DNA of 64,000 nt from an uncultured Clostridium sp. (GCA_947361355.1 CANAIR010000007.1:733-64732); one strand, 5' to 3'; shown: positions 31,297-41,120, numbered from the stretch's first letter. Notes: generated from the sequence alone by a model not told the origin. Numbers and translations: made by a program.

Positions 31297-31491
31297 ATGA
31301 ATATAGATTTGTTGTTTAAAATTGCAGGTATTGGCATACTTGTTGCTGTTTTAAATCAAGTTTTAACAAAGGCTGGTAGGGAAGATCAAGCTATGATGAC
31401 TACACTTACAGGACTTATTATTGTTTTAATGCTTGTAATAACACAAATAAATACTTTATTTGAAACAGTAAGATCAGTATTCAAATTATAG
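31297..31491 (+). CDS. spoIIIAC: Stage III sporulation protein AC
   Basis: 64 aa, LFKIAGIGILVAVLNQVLTKAGREDQA signature. Confidence 0.93.
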   Translation: MNIDLLFKIAGIGILVAVLNQVLTKAGREDQAMMTTLTGLIIVLMLVITQINTLFETVRSVFKL

Positions 31492-31499
31492 GTGTAAAT

Positions 31500-31886
31500 A
31501 TGGAAGAAGTATTCAAAATAGTAGCTTTTGCTATAATTTCTGTAGTTTTAATTTTACTTTTAAAAGAGCAAAAGCCAGAAATATCACTTATGCTTACAGT
31601 GGCAGCTTCAATATTTATAATGTTTTTTGCAATTAACAAAATGTCTGCTATTTTTGAATTATTAGATATTTTAGTTTCAAAATCAGGGATAAATAAAGAG
31701 TTTTTAACAATAATTTTAAAAATTACTGTTATTGCGTATATAGTCGAATTTGGTAAAAATATTTGTATTGATGCAGGACAAAGTTCAATTGCAACAAAGC
31801 TTGAAATGGCAGGTAAAGTAATAATAGTAGTTTTAAGTCTTCCTATAATTAGTAGTTTAGTAAATATATTGACAGGATTGGTTTAA
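31500..31886 (+). CDS. spoIIIAD: Stage III sporulation protein AD
   Basis: 128 aa, 4 TM, operon position. Confidence 0.9.
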   Translation: MEEVFKIVAFAIISVVLILLLKEQKPEISLMLTVAASIFIMFFAINKMSAIFELLDILVSKSGINKEFLTIILKITVIAYIVEFGKNICIDAGQSSIATKLEMAGKVIIVVLSLPIISSLVNILTGLV

Positions 31887-31889
31887 AGT

Positions 31890-33092
31890 ATGAAAAATAG
31901 TAGTAATATTTTAAAATTTATTTGTAGTTTTATTTTTTGTATTTTATTTTTATTTGGAAATGTGAATGGACAAGAAGTAATTAAAGATACAAATGAAAAT
32001 ATATCAGAACAAATAAGCAAAGAAACTAAAGAAAATGTTTCAAATGGATTAGAATTTAAAGAATATGTTACATCAATAAATGAATACGTAAATTCCAGTG
32101 GGCTTAATACAATAAATATTGACTCTATTGCAAGTGATTTAACATCTAATAAAGGATTAGATTATAAAAGCTTAATGATGAAAATACTAAATGTGTTTTC
32201 AAAAGAATTAGCAAGTACTGTTGTAAGTTCAATTACAATATTTATAATTATTTTAATAATTGCTGTAATTTCGTCTTTAGAATTAGAAAGTAAGAGTGAT
32301 GTAACAAAAATTGCACATATTGCATGTTTTTTTGCATTAAGTATGGTAACAATATCTAATTTCTTAGAAGTAATAGAAATGTTAAAAGGTACAGTATCAA
32401 CACTAACTACTTTAATGCAGGTTATATCTCCATTTTTAATGGGAGTGCTTATGGCTACTGGCGCTATAACAAGTACAGGTTTAATTCAACCACTTTTACT
32501 TTTCATAGCTGCAACAGTTGGATTTATAATAAATTATGTAGTAATTCCTCTTCTTAGTATATCAGTAGCTTTTAATGTAATATCAGCAATTTCAGAAAAT
32601 ATAAGGCTCAACAAATTATCAAAATTTTTTTCAAGTTTTGGATTGTGGGTTGTTGGAATAGTTTTTACTATTTTTTTGGGAATACTATCACTTGAAACAT
32701 CAATGTCATCTTCTGTAGATGCTTTGGCTGTAAAAACGACTCAAGCAGCAGTATCAAATTTTGTACCAGTAGTAGGAAAGTTCTTTTCTGATAGCTTCGA
32801 AACAGTTGTTGGTGCAACAAAAATTATATCAAATGTTGGTGGTACACTAGGAATTATATCAGTCATAATTATTGCAATTATACCAATATTAAAGATTACA
32901 TGTATAACGATAATTTATAGTTTACTTAGTGCGCTAATCGAACCAATATGTAATGATTCAAATTTAAACAAGTATATATCAGGATTTGTAAGTATATATA
33001 AAACTACACTTGGAATTTTAATTGGTGTTACTATACTATTTATTATATCTACTGGAATTATTTTAAATTTAATTGGACAAGTGGTTAAATAA
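31890..33092 (+). CDS. spoIIIAE: Stage III sporulation protein AE
   Basis: 400 aa, signal peptide plus polytopic C-terminal domain, operon position. Confidence 0.9.
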   Translation: MKNSSNILKFICSFIFCILFLFGNVNGQEVIKDTNENISEQISKETKENVSNGLEFKEYVTSINEYVNSSGLNTINIDSIASDLTSNKGLDYKSLMMKILNVFSKELASTVVSSITIFIIILIIAVISSLELESKSDVTKIAHIACFFALSMVTISNFLEVIEMLKGTVSTLTTLMQVISPFLMGVLMATGAITSTGLIQPLLLFIAATVGFIINYVVIPLLSISVAFNVISAISENIRLNKLSKFFSSFGLWVVGIVFTIFLGILSLETSMSSSVDALAVKTTQAAVSNFVPVVGKFFSDSFETVVGATKIISNVGGTLGIISVIIIAIIPILKITCITIIYSLLSALIEPICNDSNLNKYISGFVSIYKTTLGILIGVTILFIISTGIILNLIGQVVK

Positions 33093-33110
33093 AAAATAAA
33101 GGAGGAAAAA

Positions 33111-33632
33111 ATGTTAGAAACTTTTAGAAATTGGATTAATATATTATTAGGTCTAGGAATATTTGTAACTATTCTTCAATTAGTAATGCCTAAGAATAAA
33201 TTAAATAAATATATATATTCATTAATTGGAGTTATTACTATTATAACAATAGTATCACCAATGATAGATATATTAAAAAATGGAAATATGAATGATTCTT
33301 TAAAAGAAGTTATATCAAATATAGATACAAATGATATAAAAGATTTTGATAGTGAAAAATATCTAAATGTAAATCAGGATGCAGTAAAAGAAAGTTTTGT
33401 TAGTAGTTTAAAAATAGATATAAAAAATAAATTAATGCAAAATAATATACAAATAGTTAAAAGTGAAGTGTTTGTAGATTCAGATTATAATATAGAAAAA
33501 ATTGAGATAAATATAAGGAAAATAAATGAAGAAAATTCGAAAATTTCATCAGTTACACAGGTAGTAAAGTATATTAATGAACAGTATGATGTAGATTTTT
33601 CAAAAATTGTAGTTATAGAGGAGGCAGAGTGA
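33111..33632 (+). CDS. spoIIIAF: Stage III sporulation protein AF
   Basis: 173 aa, two N-terminal TM helices, operon position. Confidence 0.85.
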   Translation: MLETFRNWINILLGLGIFVTILQLVMPKNKLNKYIYSLIGVITIITIVSPMIDILKNGNMNDSLKEVISNIDTNDIKDFDSEKYLNVNQDAVKESFVSSLKIDIKNKLMQNNIQIVKSEVFVDSDYNIEKIEINIRKINEENSKISSVTQVVKYINEQYDVDFSKIVVIEEAE

Positions 33633-33633
33633 T

Positions 33634-34209
33634 TTGAACTATTTAGAAACAATGAAAAATATTGCAAAAGATAAAAGAAAGAGAGTTGAAAATCTTGTAT
33701 TTTTAATAATACTTTTAGTAATTCTTTTGATAAGTATTAATTCTATTTTTAATTCTAGTGATAAAAAGGAGATAAATAGTAATAGTACAACTACTAAAAA
33801 TAATATAAATAGTAATAATGAATATAGTAAAAATGATAGCAGTGATTTAATTAATATGCAAACAAATTTAGAAAATAAATTATCAGATATATTATCAAAA
33901 ATAAATGGAATAAGTGAAGTTTCAGTTTTACTTACATATTCTAGTGATTCTAAGCAAAATGTAGTATATAATACAAAAGAAGAAAATTCAGATGGAAAAA
34001 CATCTACTGAAAAATCAGTTGCATATAATGAACAAAGTGGACAAAAGAGTGCTATTGTTGAGTCAGTTGAAATGCCTAAGGTTGAGGGAGCAATAATTGT
34101 AGCAAAAGGTGCTAATAATGTTGAGATGAGATCAAAAATAGCTTCAACTATTTCAAGTGTTACTGGAATTCCAGTATATAAAGTTCAAGTTTTCGAAAAA
34201 CAAGGGTAA
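33634..34209 (+). CDS. spoIIIAG: Stage III sporulation protein AG
   Basis: TM anchor plus C-terminal EGAIIVAKGANNVEMRSKIASTISSVTGIPVYKVQVF; TTG start is uncertain. Confidence 0.85.
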   Translation: MNYLETMKNIAKDKRKRVENLVFLIILLVILLISINSIFNSSDKKEINSNSTTTKNNINSNNEYSKNDSSDLINMQTNLENKLSDILSKINGISEVSVLLTYSSDSKQNVVYNTKEENSDGKTSTEKSVAYNEQSGQKSAIVESVEMPKVEGAIIVAKGANNVEMRSKIASTISSVTGIPVYKVQVFEKQG

Positions 34210-34218
34210 GGTGATTTT

Positions 34219-34797
34219 ATGAAAATTGTTAAAAGAAGTACACTTGCGTTATTATCAGTTTCAATGATGATAACTATTGCAGGATATATAAACTATAAAT
34301 ATAATCCAGATAGAGAAAAAAATTTAGGGCAAACTGTGTATGTTAATGGAAAAGATAGTTTTACATATGATAATGTCAGTATATATGAAAAAAAAGAGGA
34401 ATCAGCTGTTAATAGTAATATTGATAATGCAAAGGAAATAGTCGAAGATTCTATATCTGTTTTTAAATATGATAGAGATAATATGTATTCTGAACTTAGT
34501 GAAAACTATAATAAAATTATAAATAATGAAAATACAACTAAAGAACAAATAAATGAATACCAACAAAAATTAGATAAATTAATATCAGATAAAAATTTAA
34601 TAACTATGGTAGAAAATGTTATTAAATCTAAAGGAATAGAAGATATTGTTATAATTCCTACTAACAATGATAATATAAATGTTGTAGTGAAATCTAAAGA
34701 AGATTTAAAAGATGAGCAAATTGCTCAAATTCAACAAATTTTAGTGGACCAATTGGGAGCAGATGCAAATAAACTTAGCATTACAAGAAAAAAATAA
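34219..34797 (+). CDS. spoIIIAH: Stage III sporulation protein AH
   Basis: TM anchor, 192 aa, last gene of the operon. Confidence 0.8.
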   Translation: MKIVKRSTLALLSVSMMITIAGYINYKYNPDREKNLGQTVYVNGKDSFTYDNVSIYEKKEESAVNSNIDNAKEIVEDSISVFKYDRDNMYSELSENYNKIINNENTTKEQINEYQQKLDKLISDKNLITMVENVIKSKGIEDIVIIPTNNDNINVVVKSKEDLKDEQIAQIQQILVDQLGADANKLSITRKK

Positions 34798-34884
34798 TAA
34801 AAAATATTTATCCATAATGTATAAAAATCAATAATTCTATAAAAATAAATTCTTAAATTAATTGTCGAATTTGGTATATAAAAG

Positions 34885-34930
34885 ATAGAAAATATTAATA
34901 ATATTAATTATAATATATTTTCTATTTTTC
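34885..34930 (+). terminator. Intrinsic terminator of the spoIIIA operon
   Basis: ATAGAAAATAT (34885-34895) pairs with ATATTTTCTAT (34915-34925), then TTTT. Confidence 0.7.
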
Positions 34931-35118
34931 TATGTTTTTTCTGAGAAAATATGCAATGTTACAAAAAAATTACAAAAGTGTAAAAAAAAAATTACAGCGA
35001 GAAAAAATGTTGAAAAAAGATTATTTATATGATAAATTATAATCACAGTGATATGATTAAAAAACATTTTGAATTAAAATACTAAAAAATAATTGTATTT
35101 CAATAAAAGGAGAAGATT

Positions 35119-36744
35119 ATGGCTAGTTGTTTAGGTATTTATTTAAGTAGTAATATTGTAAAATATGCAAAGTTAACATCTGATAATGCTGGTAACACAA
35201 AACTGGATTCATATGGAGTAAGATTTGTTAAAGATAATCAAAAATTAACATTAAAAAATATAATTGAAGAAACAAATTCACAGAATATACCTATTGTAAT
35301 GAACCCACAAAATGATAAGTTCTTGAATTACCAAATGTTTGATCAAGCACAAAATAAATCTATTTCTAATGATGTTGCTAGAATGGAATTTGAGGCATGG
35401 TGTGAAAAAAATGCCAAATCACCTGATAGATATATTTATGTTCACAAAGTAGCAGATGTTAAAAATGAGGATAATAAGTTTAATGCTGTTATAAGTTTTA
35501 TAGAAAAAAAATATGTCGAAGAATATGAAGACGTAGAAGGATATTCGGTAACAGATATATTACCTTCACAATTTTTGATGCACAGATTAGTACCACAAGA
35601 TGAAAAAAATTATATGTTAGTAAATTTAGATGACATTTTAACAATATCTATTGTTATAGATGGTAAACTTGTAGATTTGAAATCTTATGATATTGGTATG
35701 AAACAAATATTAAGTGATTTTTCTGCAAAATTAGGTTCATATCAAAAAGCTTATGAGGCATGTAAGCAACTTAATGTTTATTCTGATGAAGAAACAAACA
35801 ATGATAAACTTTTAGAGTCAATAGCAGAACCAGTATTACAAGATATTTTAAGAAATATAGGTGCGCTTGGAAGAAGATATAAAACAAAATTAGATAAAGT
35901 ATTTTTAGCTGGTAATGGAATTGTATTTACTAATATTGATGTTTTGGTAAAAGAGTATTTAGATGTAAAATGTGAAATTTTAAAACCTGATTTTATACAT
36001 AATATGTCAAATGTAAGAAATGTTGCTGAAATGCTTGAAACCACACAAGCTATGGCAATAGCTTATGAAATTTTAAATCCAGAAAATAAAAATTTAGAGT
36101 TTATTAATAATAAGGCTAAGTTAAAAAAAGGACTAGGTAGTTTATTTTCAAAAACAAAAAAGGAGAAAAAAAATAGACAAAAGTCTCCAGGTAAGATAGC
36201 TTCAAAACTTCCAGGTATTGAAGTTGTCGAAGATAAAATAGTTGCTATTGCAACTAATTCTTTAATTGTAATAGGCTCAGTTTTATTTACATATGTTTTA
36301 TTTAGTAATATTTATATTTCAAGTGTTAATAAAACATTAAAGCAACTTGATAAAAACAAAAAACAAGTTGATACTGCAACTGCTGATGTTAAAAATGATA
36401 TAAATTATATAAATTTAAATAAATCTGAGTATAAAGAGATAAATGATGAAGTAAGGAGTATTAAAAGTAAGATAGAAAATAACCAAATAGGAAAATTTAC
36501 TACATATAATGTAGCTTCTTTCTTACAAAATATTATAAAAGTTATTCCTAGAAATGTACAATTAAAAACAATTAGTTCAGATGATAATAAAAATGTGAAA
36601 ATTACAGCTGTTTCAAATAGTTATGCAGATTTAGGTTACTTTGTTTCAGAACTTAAATTAAAATCAACATTAAATAATATTAAAATTAATAGCATAAATA
36701 ATGGTGAAACAACAACTATTGAGATTGGTGGTGAATTACCTTAA
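35119..36744 (+). CDS. pilM: Type IV pilus assembly protein, PilM-PilN fusion
   Basis: Actin-like N-terminal domain, TM helix near aa 375-400, PilN-like periplasmic C-terminus; heads the pilus cluster. Confidence 0.7.
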   Translation: MASCLGIYLSSNIVKYAKLTSDNAGNTKLDSYGVRFVKDNQKLTLKNIIEETNSQNIPIVMNPQNDKFLNYQMFDQAQNKSISNDVARMEFEAWCEKNAKSPDRYIYVHKVADVKNEDNKFNAVISFIEKKYVEEYEDVEGYSVTDILPSQFLMHRLVPQDEKNYMLVNLDDILTISIVIDGKLVDLKSYDIGMKQILSDFSAKLGSYQKAYEACKQLNVYSDEETNNDKLLESIAEPVLQDILRNIGALGRRYKTKLDKVFLAGNGIVFTNIDVLVKEYLDVKCEILKPDFIHNMSNVRNVAEMLETTQAMAIAYEILNPENKNLEFINNKAKLKKGLGSLFSKTKKEKKNRQKSPGKIASKLPGIEVVEDKIVAIATNSLIVIGSVLFTYVLFSNIYISSVNKTLKQLDKNKKQVDTATADVKNDINYINLNKSEYKEINDEVRSIKSKIENNQIGKFTTYNVASFLQNIIKVIPRNVQLKTISSDDNKNVKITAVSNSYADLGYFVSELKLKSTLNNIKINSINNGETTTIEIGGELP

Positions 36745-37548
36745 ATGTTACAAGAATATAAAAAAGTAATTATAGTATCTTCTATATCTTTAGTTTTATT
36801 AATTTTACTTTTAGCTTTTTTATTTGCAGATATATCGTTAGGACCAATAAGTATACCTTCGATATCTACAATACTTGCACAATATGATAAAGTAAAATTA
36901 TCTGAAGAAGATCTTATTTCAAGACAAGAAGTTTTTAATACAACATTAACATCTTTAGAAAAATCAAAACAAGAATTTAATAAAGAAAAAAGAGAGTATG
37001 AATCAATTAGTGATGAAACAGTAGAAGTTATTAAAGAAGCAACAACTCAAGAAGAGTATAGTATTGAGTATATGTGGATTAGACTTGGTAATTATGCTAA
37101 AATTAATAATTTGTCAATTGTTTTAGTAGAGCCAGGTGGAATGCAAGAATCTTCAAAATCTGGACAAAGTAGTCAATCAACTACAACTAATAACTCTACT
37201 ACTACATCTAATAGCTCAACTACAACTAATAGTTCAACTACAACAAACACTGCTAGTACAAATGATACTAGTAATACTAAAAATAATACTAATTCAACAT
37301 CTACAACTGGAAATACAACAACAGGAGGTAACACAGCTACTTTAAATAATAACGCAAGTAATACTCCAACAGGAGAAACTTTTAAAATACAAGTTTCAGG
37401 AAGTTATATGAATGTTTCAGATTTTGTATTTCAAGTTGAAAATGATAATGAATTAAAATTTAAATTAGATAATATTTCAATGGAATATGTATCTGGTACA
37501 ACTATAAGAACAACTTTTGATGTTAAAAATATGGTTATTAAAAAGTAG
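36745..37548 (+). CDS. PilO-like pilus assembly protein with Ser/Thr/Asn-rich insert
   Basis: N-terminal TM, coiled coil, position after pilMN; low-complexity TTTNNSTTTSNSSTTTN region at about 37150-37345. Confidence 0.6.
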   Translation: MLQEYKKVIIVSSISLVLLILLLAFLFADISLGPISIPSISTILAQYDKVKLSEEDLISRQEVFNTTLTSLEKSKQEFNKEKREYESISDETVEVIKEATTQEEYSIEYMWIRLGNYAKINNLSIVLVEPGGMQESSKSGQSSQSTTTNNSTTTSNSSTTTNSSTTTNTASTNDTSNTKNNTNSTSTTGNTTTGGNTATLNNNASNTPTGETFKIQVSGSYMNVSDFVFQVENDNELKFKLDNISMEYVSGTTIRTTFDVKNMVIKK

Positions 37549-37554
37549 AAAGGA

Positions 37555-38025
37555 GTGAAAGAATTGAAAAAAACGTACATTATAACTTTTAGTATTACTA
37601 TTATAGTTTTACTAACTGTTTCAATAGTTGCATTAATGGTATTATTACCACAGCAATCTACAGTTTTAGATTCAAGTATCGCTAAATATGATTCTATAAA
37701 AAAGTCAGATTATGTATATGAGCAAACTAAAGATTTAACTAGAGATGCTTTAGTTAAAGAATATACAATAACTGATGAACAAATGGATAAATTTAGAACT
37801 GATAATAAATATGTTTCTGGAAATTCTGATCCATTTACACCAAATAATGTTATTACGAATAATAATGGAAATAATTCCAATAACAATAACAATAGTAATT
37901 CTAATAACAATAATAATTCAAATAGCTCATCTGTAAATAATAATTCTAACACTTCTAATTCAACAACACAAAAGATTACTAATAGTAATGGAGGCCAAGC
38001 AAATCCACCATCAACTAATAAATAG
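37555..38025 (+). CDS. Membrane-anchored pilus-cluster protein with poly-Asn/Ser tail
   Basis: N-terminal TM; the start may be TTG 37564 (better RBS spacing); function unknown. Confidence 0.5.
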   Translation: MKELKKTYIITFSITIIVLLTVSIVALMVLLPQQSTVLDSSIAKYDSIKKSDYVYEQTKDLTRDALVKEYTITDEQMDKFRTDNKYVSGNSDPFTPNNVITNNNGNNSNNNNNSNSNNNNNSNSSSVNNNSNTSNSTTQKITNSNGGQANPPSTNK

Positions 38026-38040
38026 GGAGTGTATAAATAG

Positions 38041-38505
38041 ATGAAAAATGATAAACTAAAAAATATTTTTATGTTGATAATGTTAATAATCATTACAATT
38101 TTAGTGGCGTATATATTATTGACATCTACTAATAAAAAGAATAACTTTTTAAATGACGTTTTAAATTTACAAGCAAATTTGTCATATTATATTGGACAAA
38201 CAAAATCAAATACTTTTAGTGCTTATGATAACATACAAATAATTACAGGTATAGCTGAAAATAATGAAATTAGAAATTATGATGATGAAGCTTTAAAACC
38301 TCTAGTTGATAAAGATTCAAAATTAGAAAAAGAAGATAAAGTTTTTTACAAAATGATAAATGAAAATGTAAAAGAAGTATTAAAAGTTAATATTAGTAGT
38401 TATTCGGGCCTGGAATTTTATATACAAGATGGCCAATATTTGAAAATTAAAGTATTAAGCAAGCCTTCATGGTGGAACAAAAGCTTTGATTCTTTAACAA
38501 TTTAA
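38041..38505 (+). CDS. Membrane-anchored pilus-cluster protein (154 aa)
   Basis: GGGAG RBS, N-terminal TM, no prepilin Gly motif. Confidence 0.5.
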   Translation: MKNDKLKNIFMLIMLIIITILVAYILLTSTNKKNNFLNDVLNLQANLSYYIGQTKSNTFSAYDNIQIITGIAENNEIRNYDDEALKPLVDKDSKLEKEDKVFYKMINENVKEVLKVNISSYSGLEFYIQDGQYLKIKVLSKPSWWNKSFDSLTI

Positions 38506-38577
38506 TTTGATTAGAACATCTTTAATACCAGATGTTTTAATATAGATATTTATTATATTATAGGAGGAGGAAAAAAT

Positions 38578-39051
38578 ATGAAAAATTCAAAAAAAGGTAT
38601 TTCTTTAATTGTATTAGTTATAACAATAATTGTTGTAATAATACTAGCAGCAGCAGTTATTATTTCACTACAAAATAATAATCCAATGTCTGAAGCAAAT
38701 AAAGCTAGATATAGCTCAGATGTTGCAAATATGCAAGCAGTGCTTGTAAATGCAATAGGAAAAGCAATGGCTTCAAATGAAGAAGTTATTACTATAGTTA
38801 AAAAGAGTAGTATTCCAACTACTGGAGATGATGCTGGTTCAATTGATTTTGTATTTGGAACTGATGCAACTAAAACACCAGTAGATGGTCAAATAATCTT
38901 TGGTAGTGGTAATAATGACAAAACTAATCAAGTATGGTACACAGGAAAAGCTTTACCAACATATGGCGGTAAAGGATCTTGGAGTATAGACGCAAGTGCT
39001 AATTTAAAATTAACAGTATCAGGCGTACCTTATGGTCCTGGTGTAGAGTAG
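38578..39051 (+). CDS. Type IV pilin-like protein, tandem copy 1 (probable major pilin)
   Basis: Leader MKNSKKG followed by hydrophobic ISLIVLVITIIVVIILAAAVII; strong RBS AGGAGGAGG. Confidence 0.75.
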   Translation: MKNSKKGISLIVLVITIIVVIILAAAVIISLQNNNPMSEANKARYSSDVANMQAVLVNAIGKAMASNEEVITIVKKSSIPTTGDDAGSIDFVFGTDATKTPVDGQIIFGSGNNDKTNQVWYTGKALPTYGGKGSWSIDASANLKLTVSGVPYGPGVE

Positions 39052-39065
39052 AATAGGAGGACAAA

Positions 39066-39557
39066 ATGAAAAATTCAAAAAAAGGTATTTCTTTAATTGT
39101 ATTAGTTATAACAATAATCGTTGTAATAATACTAGCAGCAGCAGTTATTATTTCATTACAAAATAATAATCCAATGTCTGAAGCAAACAAAGCTAGATAT
39201 AGTTCAGACGCTGCAAATATGCAAGCAGTGCTTGTAAATGCAATAGGAAAAGCAATGGCTTTCAATGAAGAAGTTATTACTATTCATGAATCTTCAGTTG
39301 GAGAAAATGGAGTAGCAAAAGAAATTCCAGCTAGTGATCAAGTTTCATTCACTTTAGGTTCTTCAGCTACTGCTACAAGTGTTGGAGTAATAAAATTTGC
39401 TAAAGGTGAAAATAGTACTACTACGCCAACTGCTCAAATATGGTATACAGGAAAAGCTTTACCAAAATATGGTGGTAAAGGAACTTGGTATATAGATGGA
39501 GCAGCTAATTTAAAATTAACAGTATCAGGCACTTCTTATGGTCCTGGTGCAGAATAA
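39066..39557 (+). CDS. Type IV pilin-like protein, tandem copy 2
   Basis: First 72 aa nearly identical to copy 1 (2 differences: V49A, S65F) and C-terminal 40 aa conserved; central region differs. Confidence 0.75.
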   Translation: MKNSKKGISLIVLVITIIVVIILAAAVIISLQNNNPMSEANKARYSSDAANMQAVLVNAIGKAMAFNEEVITIHESSVGENGVAKEIPASDQVSFTLGSSATATSVGVIKFAKGENSTTTPTAQIWYTGKALPKYGGKGTWYIDGAANLKLTVSGTSYGPGAE

Positions 39558-39698
39558 TATAACTAATTCATAGTAATTTTGTTAATGTAAAATTGTATTT
39601 ATATACACAAAATAAAAATAAGATACAAATTTGTAATTAATTTATATGTGAAGCTATTAGGTATTAAATTAATATAGTTTGTAAGCTTTTAGGGTATG

Positions 39699-39728
39699 GA
39701 CATATATACAAAGTGTGTATATGTCTTT
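39699..39728 (+). terminator. Hairpin terminator or attenuator after the pilin genes
   Basis: GACATATATAC (39699-39709) pairs with GTGTATATGTC (39715-39725), then TTT. Confidence 0.6.
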
Positions 39729-39815
39729 ACCACTATAATATATTTATATGTATATTTTAGAATACATATTCCTATATGTAGTGTAAAATATATATATTAT
39801 TTTGGAGGGGAAGAA

Positions 39816-40247
39816 GTGAGCATATTAATATTTTTACAAGTATTTATAATTGTATGTATATTTATAATTGGCGCTTTATTCGGAAGCTTTCTATCTCTTG
39901 CAACATATAGAATACCTAGACATGAAGATATTGTTGCAACTAGGTCATATTGTCCAAATTGTAAACATAGACTTGGATTTTTTGATTTAATTCCAGTATT
40001 AAGTTATATTATGCGTGGAGCAAAATGCAAATATTGTAAAGAAAAAATAAGTCCAAGATATTTTTTGCTTGAAACTATAAATGGTATTATATTTGTAATA
40101 TTATATTTATTTTTAGGTTATACTATAAAACTTGCAATTGTAGCTTTGGTTTATGTATTAATAGTACTTGTAATTGGAAGTTGTATAATGAAAAGTAAAA
40201 TGACAGAAAGTGAGAAAAAGGAGCTTGAAAAGAGGTTGAAAAAATGA
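39816..40247 (+). CDS. PilD-like protein with only the N-terminal (Cys-motif) domain; aspartic peptidase domain absent
   Basis: GTG after GGAGGGG. GALFGSFLSLATYRIP...CPNCKHRL...CKYCKEKISPRYFLLE matches the prepilin peptidase N-terminal domain. The ORF ends about 45 aa later with no GGGD-type catalytic motif. Confidence 0.7.
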   Translation: MSILIFLQVFIIVCIFIIGALFGSFLSLATYRIPRHEDIVATRSYCPNCKHRLGFFDLIPVLSYIMRGAKCKYCKEKISPRYFLLETINGIIFVILYLFLGYTIKLAIVALVYVLIVLVIGSCIMKSKMTESEKKELEKRLKK

Positions 40248-40654
40248 ATAATAATAAAAAATTATCTAAAAACTCTGGTGTTTTTATATCAGAATTAGTT
40301 GTAGCACTATTATTATTTATAACACTTATGGTTACAGCTTTTGTAATGAGTAGAAATTCAAGTGCAAGCTTAAGACAAAATATGATTAAGTCTGATGCTA
40401 ATTTTGTTGCAGTTCAAAATTTGGAGTATTGTCTTGCAACTGATTACGACAAATTGGATTCATATACTTTACAAAGTAAGAGGGATAATGTTACATATAA
40501 TATTTCTGCAACAATTACTAAATTATCTGATCAAGACTTTTCAAAAGAAAATTTAGTAAAAAAAATTGAAGTAAAAGTAACATATTTAATTGATGGAAAT
40601 GAAAAAGAAATTGTAATTAGTACATTGAAAGGTAAGGTGCAAGATTATGAATAA
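40244..40654 (+). CDS. Minor pilin (canonical prepilin motif)
   Basis: KNSG then VFISELVVALLLF: Gly at -1 and Glu at +5. Confidence 0.7.
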   Translation: MNNNKKLSKNSGVFISELVVALLLFITLMVTAFVMSRNSSASLRQNMIKSDANFVAVQNLEYCLATDYDKLDSYTLQSKRDNVTYNISATITKLSDQDFSKENLVKKIEVKVTYLIDGNEKEIVISTLKGKVQDYE

Positions 40655-41120
40655 AAAGGGGCTTTCAATGATATCAATAGTTATTTATGTTGTATTATTT
40701 TTTGCATTCTCTGCTTTTGCTGTTGGAATGGCAACAAACATGAATTATAGGACTTTATCTCAAAAAGGTGAAATTATAAATGCTGAAGGATTGCAAAAAT
40801 TGCAATATAATTTGCTTAGTAGTGCAAAAGACAGTAGTAGCATTGATATAATTACAGATAAAATTATTTTTTCGAATGATGATGTATATACTTATGATGA
40901 AAATAAAAAGAAAGTATATAAAAATGATGGTATAATAGCATCTGATGTAACTTCTTTTAAAATTATAACTGCTGAAGAACTACAAAATGTACCAGAAAGT
41001 TTTATTGAAAACTTAGACAAAAATATAGATTATTTGTGTATAGAAGTAACATTTAGTAAATATGACAAAACTTTAACAGAGAAGATATTTGTAGCAGTAG
41101 GAGATGATTTTAATGTATAA
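40647..41120 (+). CDS. Minor pilin-like protein
   Basis: MNKKG then LSMISIVIYVVLFF; overlapping start. Confidence 0.55.
   Translation: MNKKGLSMISIVIYVVLFFAFSAFAVGMATNMNYRTLSQKGEIINAEGLQKLQYNLLSSAKDSSSIDIITDKIIFSNDDVYTYDENKKKVYKNDGIIASDVTSFKIITAEELQNVPESFIENLDKNIDYLCIEVTFSKYDKTLTEKIFVAVGDDFNV

Noticed and set aside
34931-35118. c-di-GMP riboswitch upstream of the pilus operon, as known for some clostridial pilin genes
   Set aside because: No GEMM-I or GEMM-II like conserved cores (GCAAA/ACGCACAG-type motifs) are visible, only AT-rich sequence.
37136-38093. ORFs 37136-37345 (+) and 37710-38093 (-) in the pilus cluster
   Set aside because: They are alternative-frame or antisense readings of low-complexity repeat DNA inside the PilO-like and following genes.
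39696-39815. Longer N-terminal extension of the PilD-like ORF
   Set aside because: The extension overlaps the pilin terminator hairpin and lacks an RBS. GTG 39816 follows GGAGGGG and begins the conserved domain.
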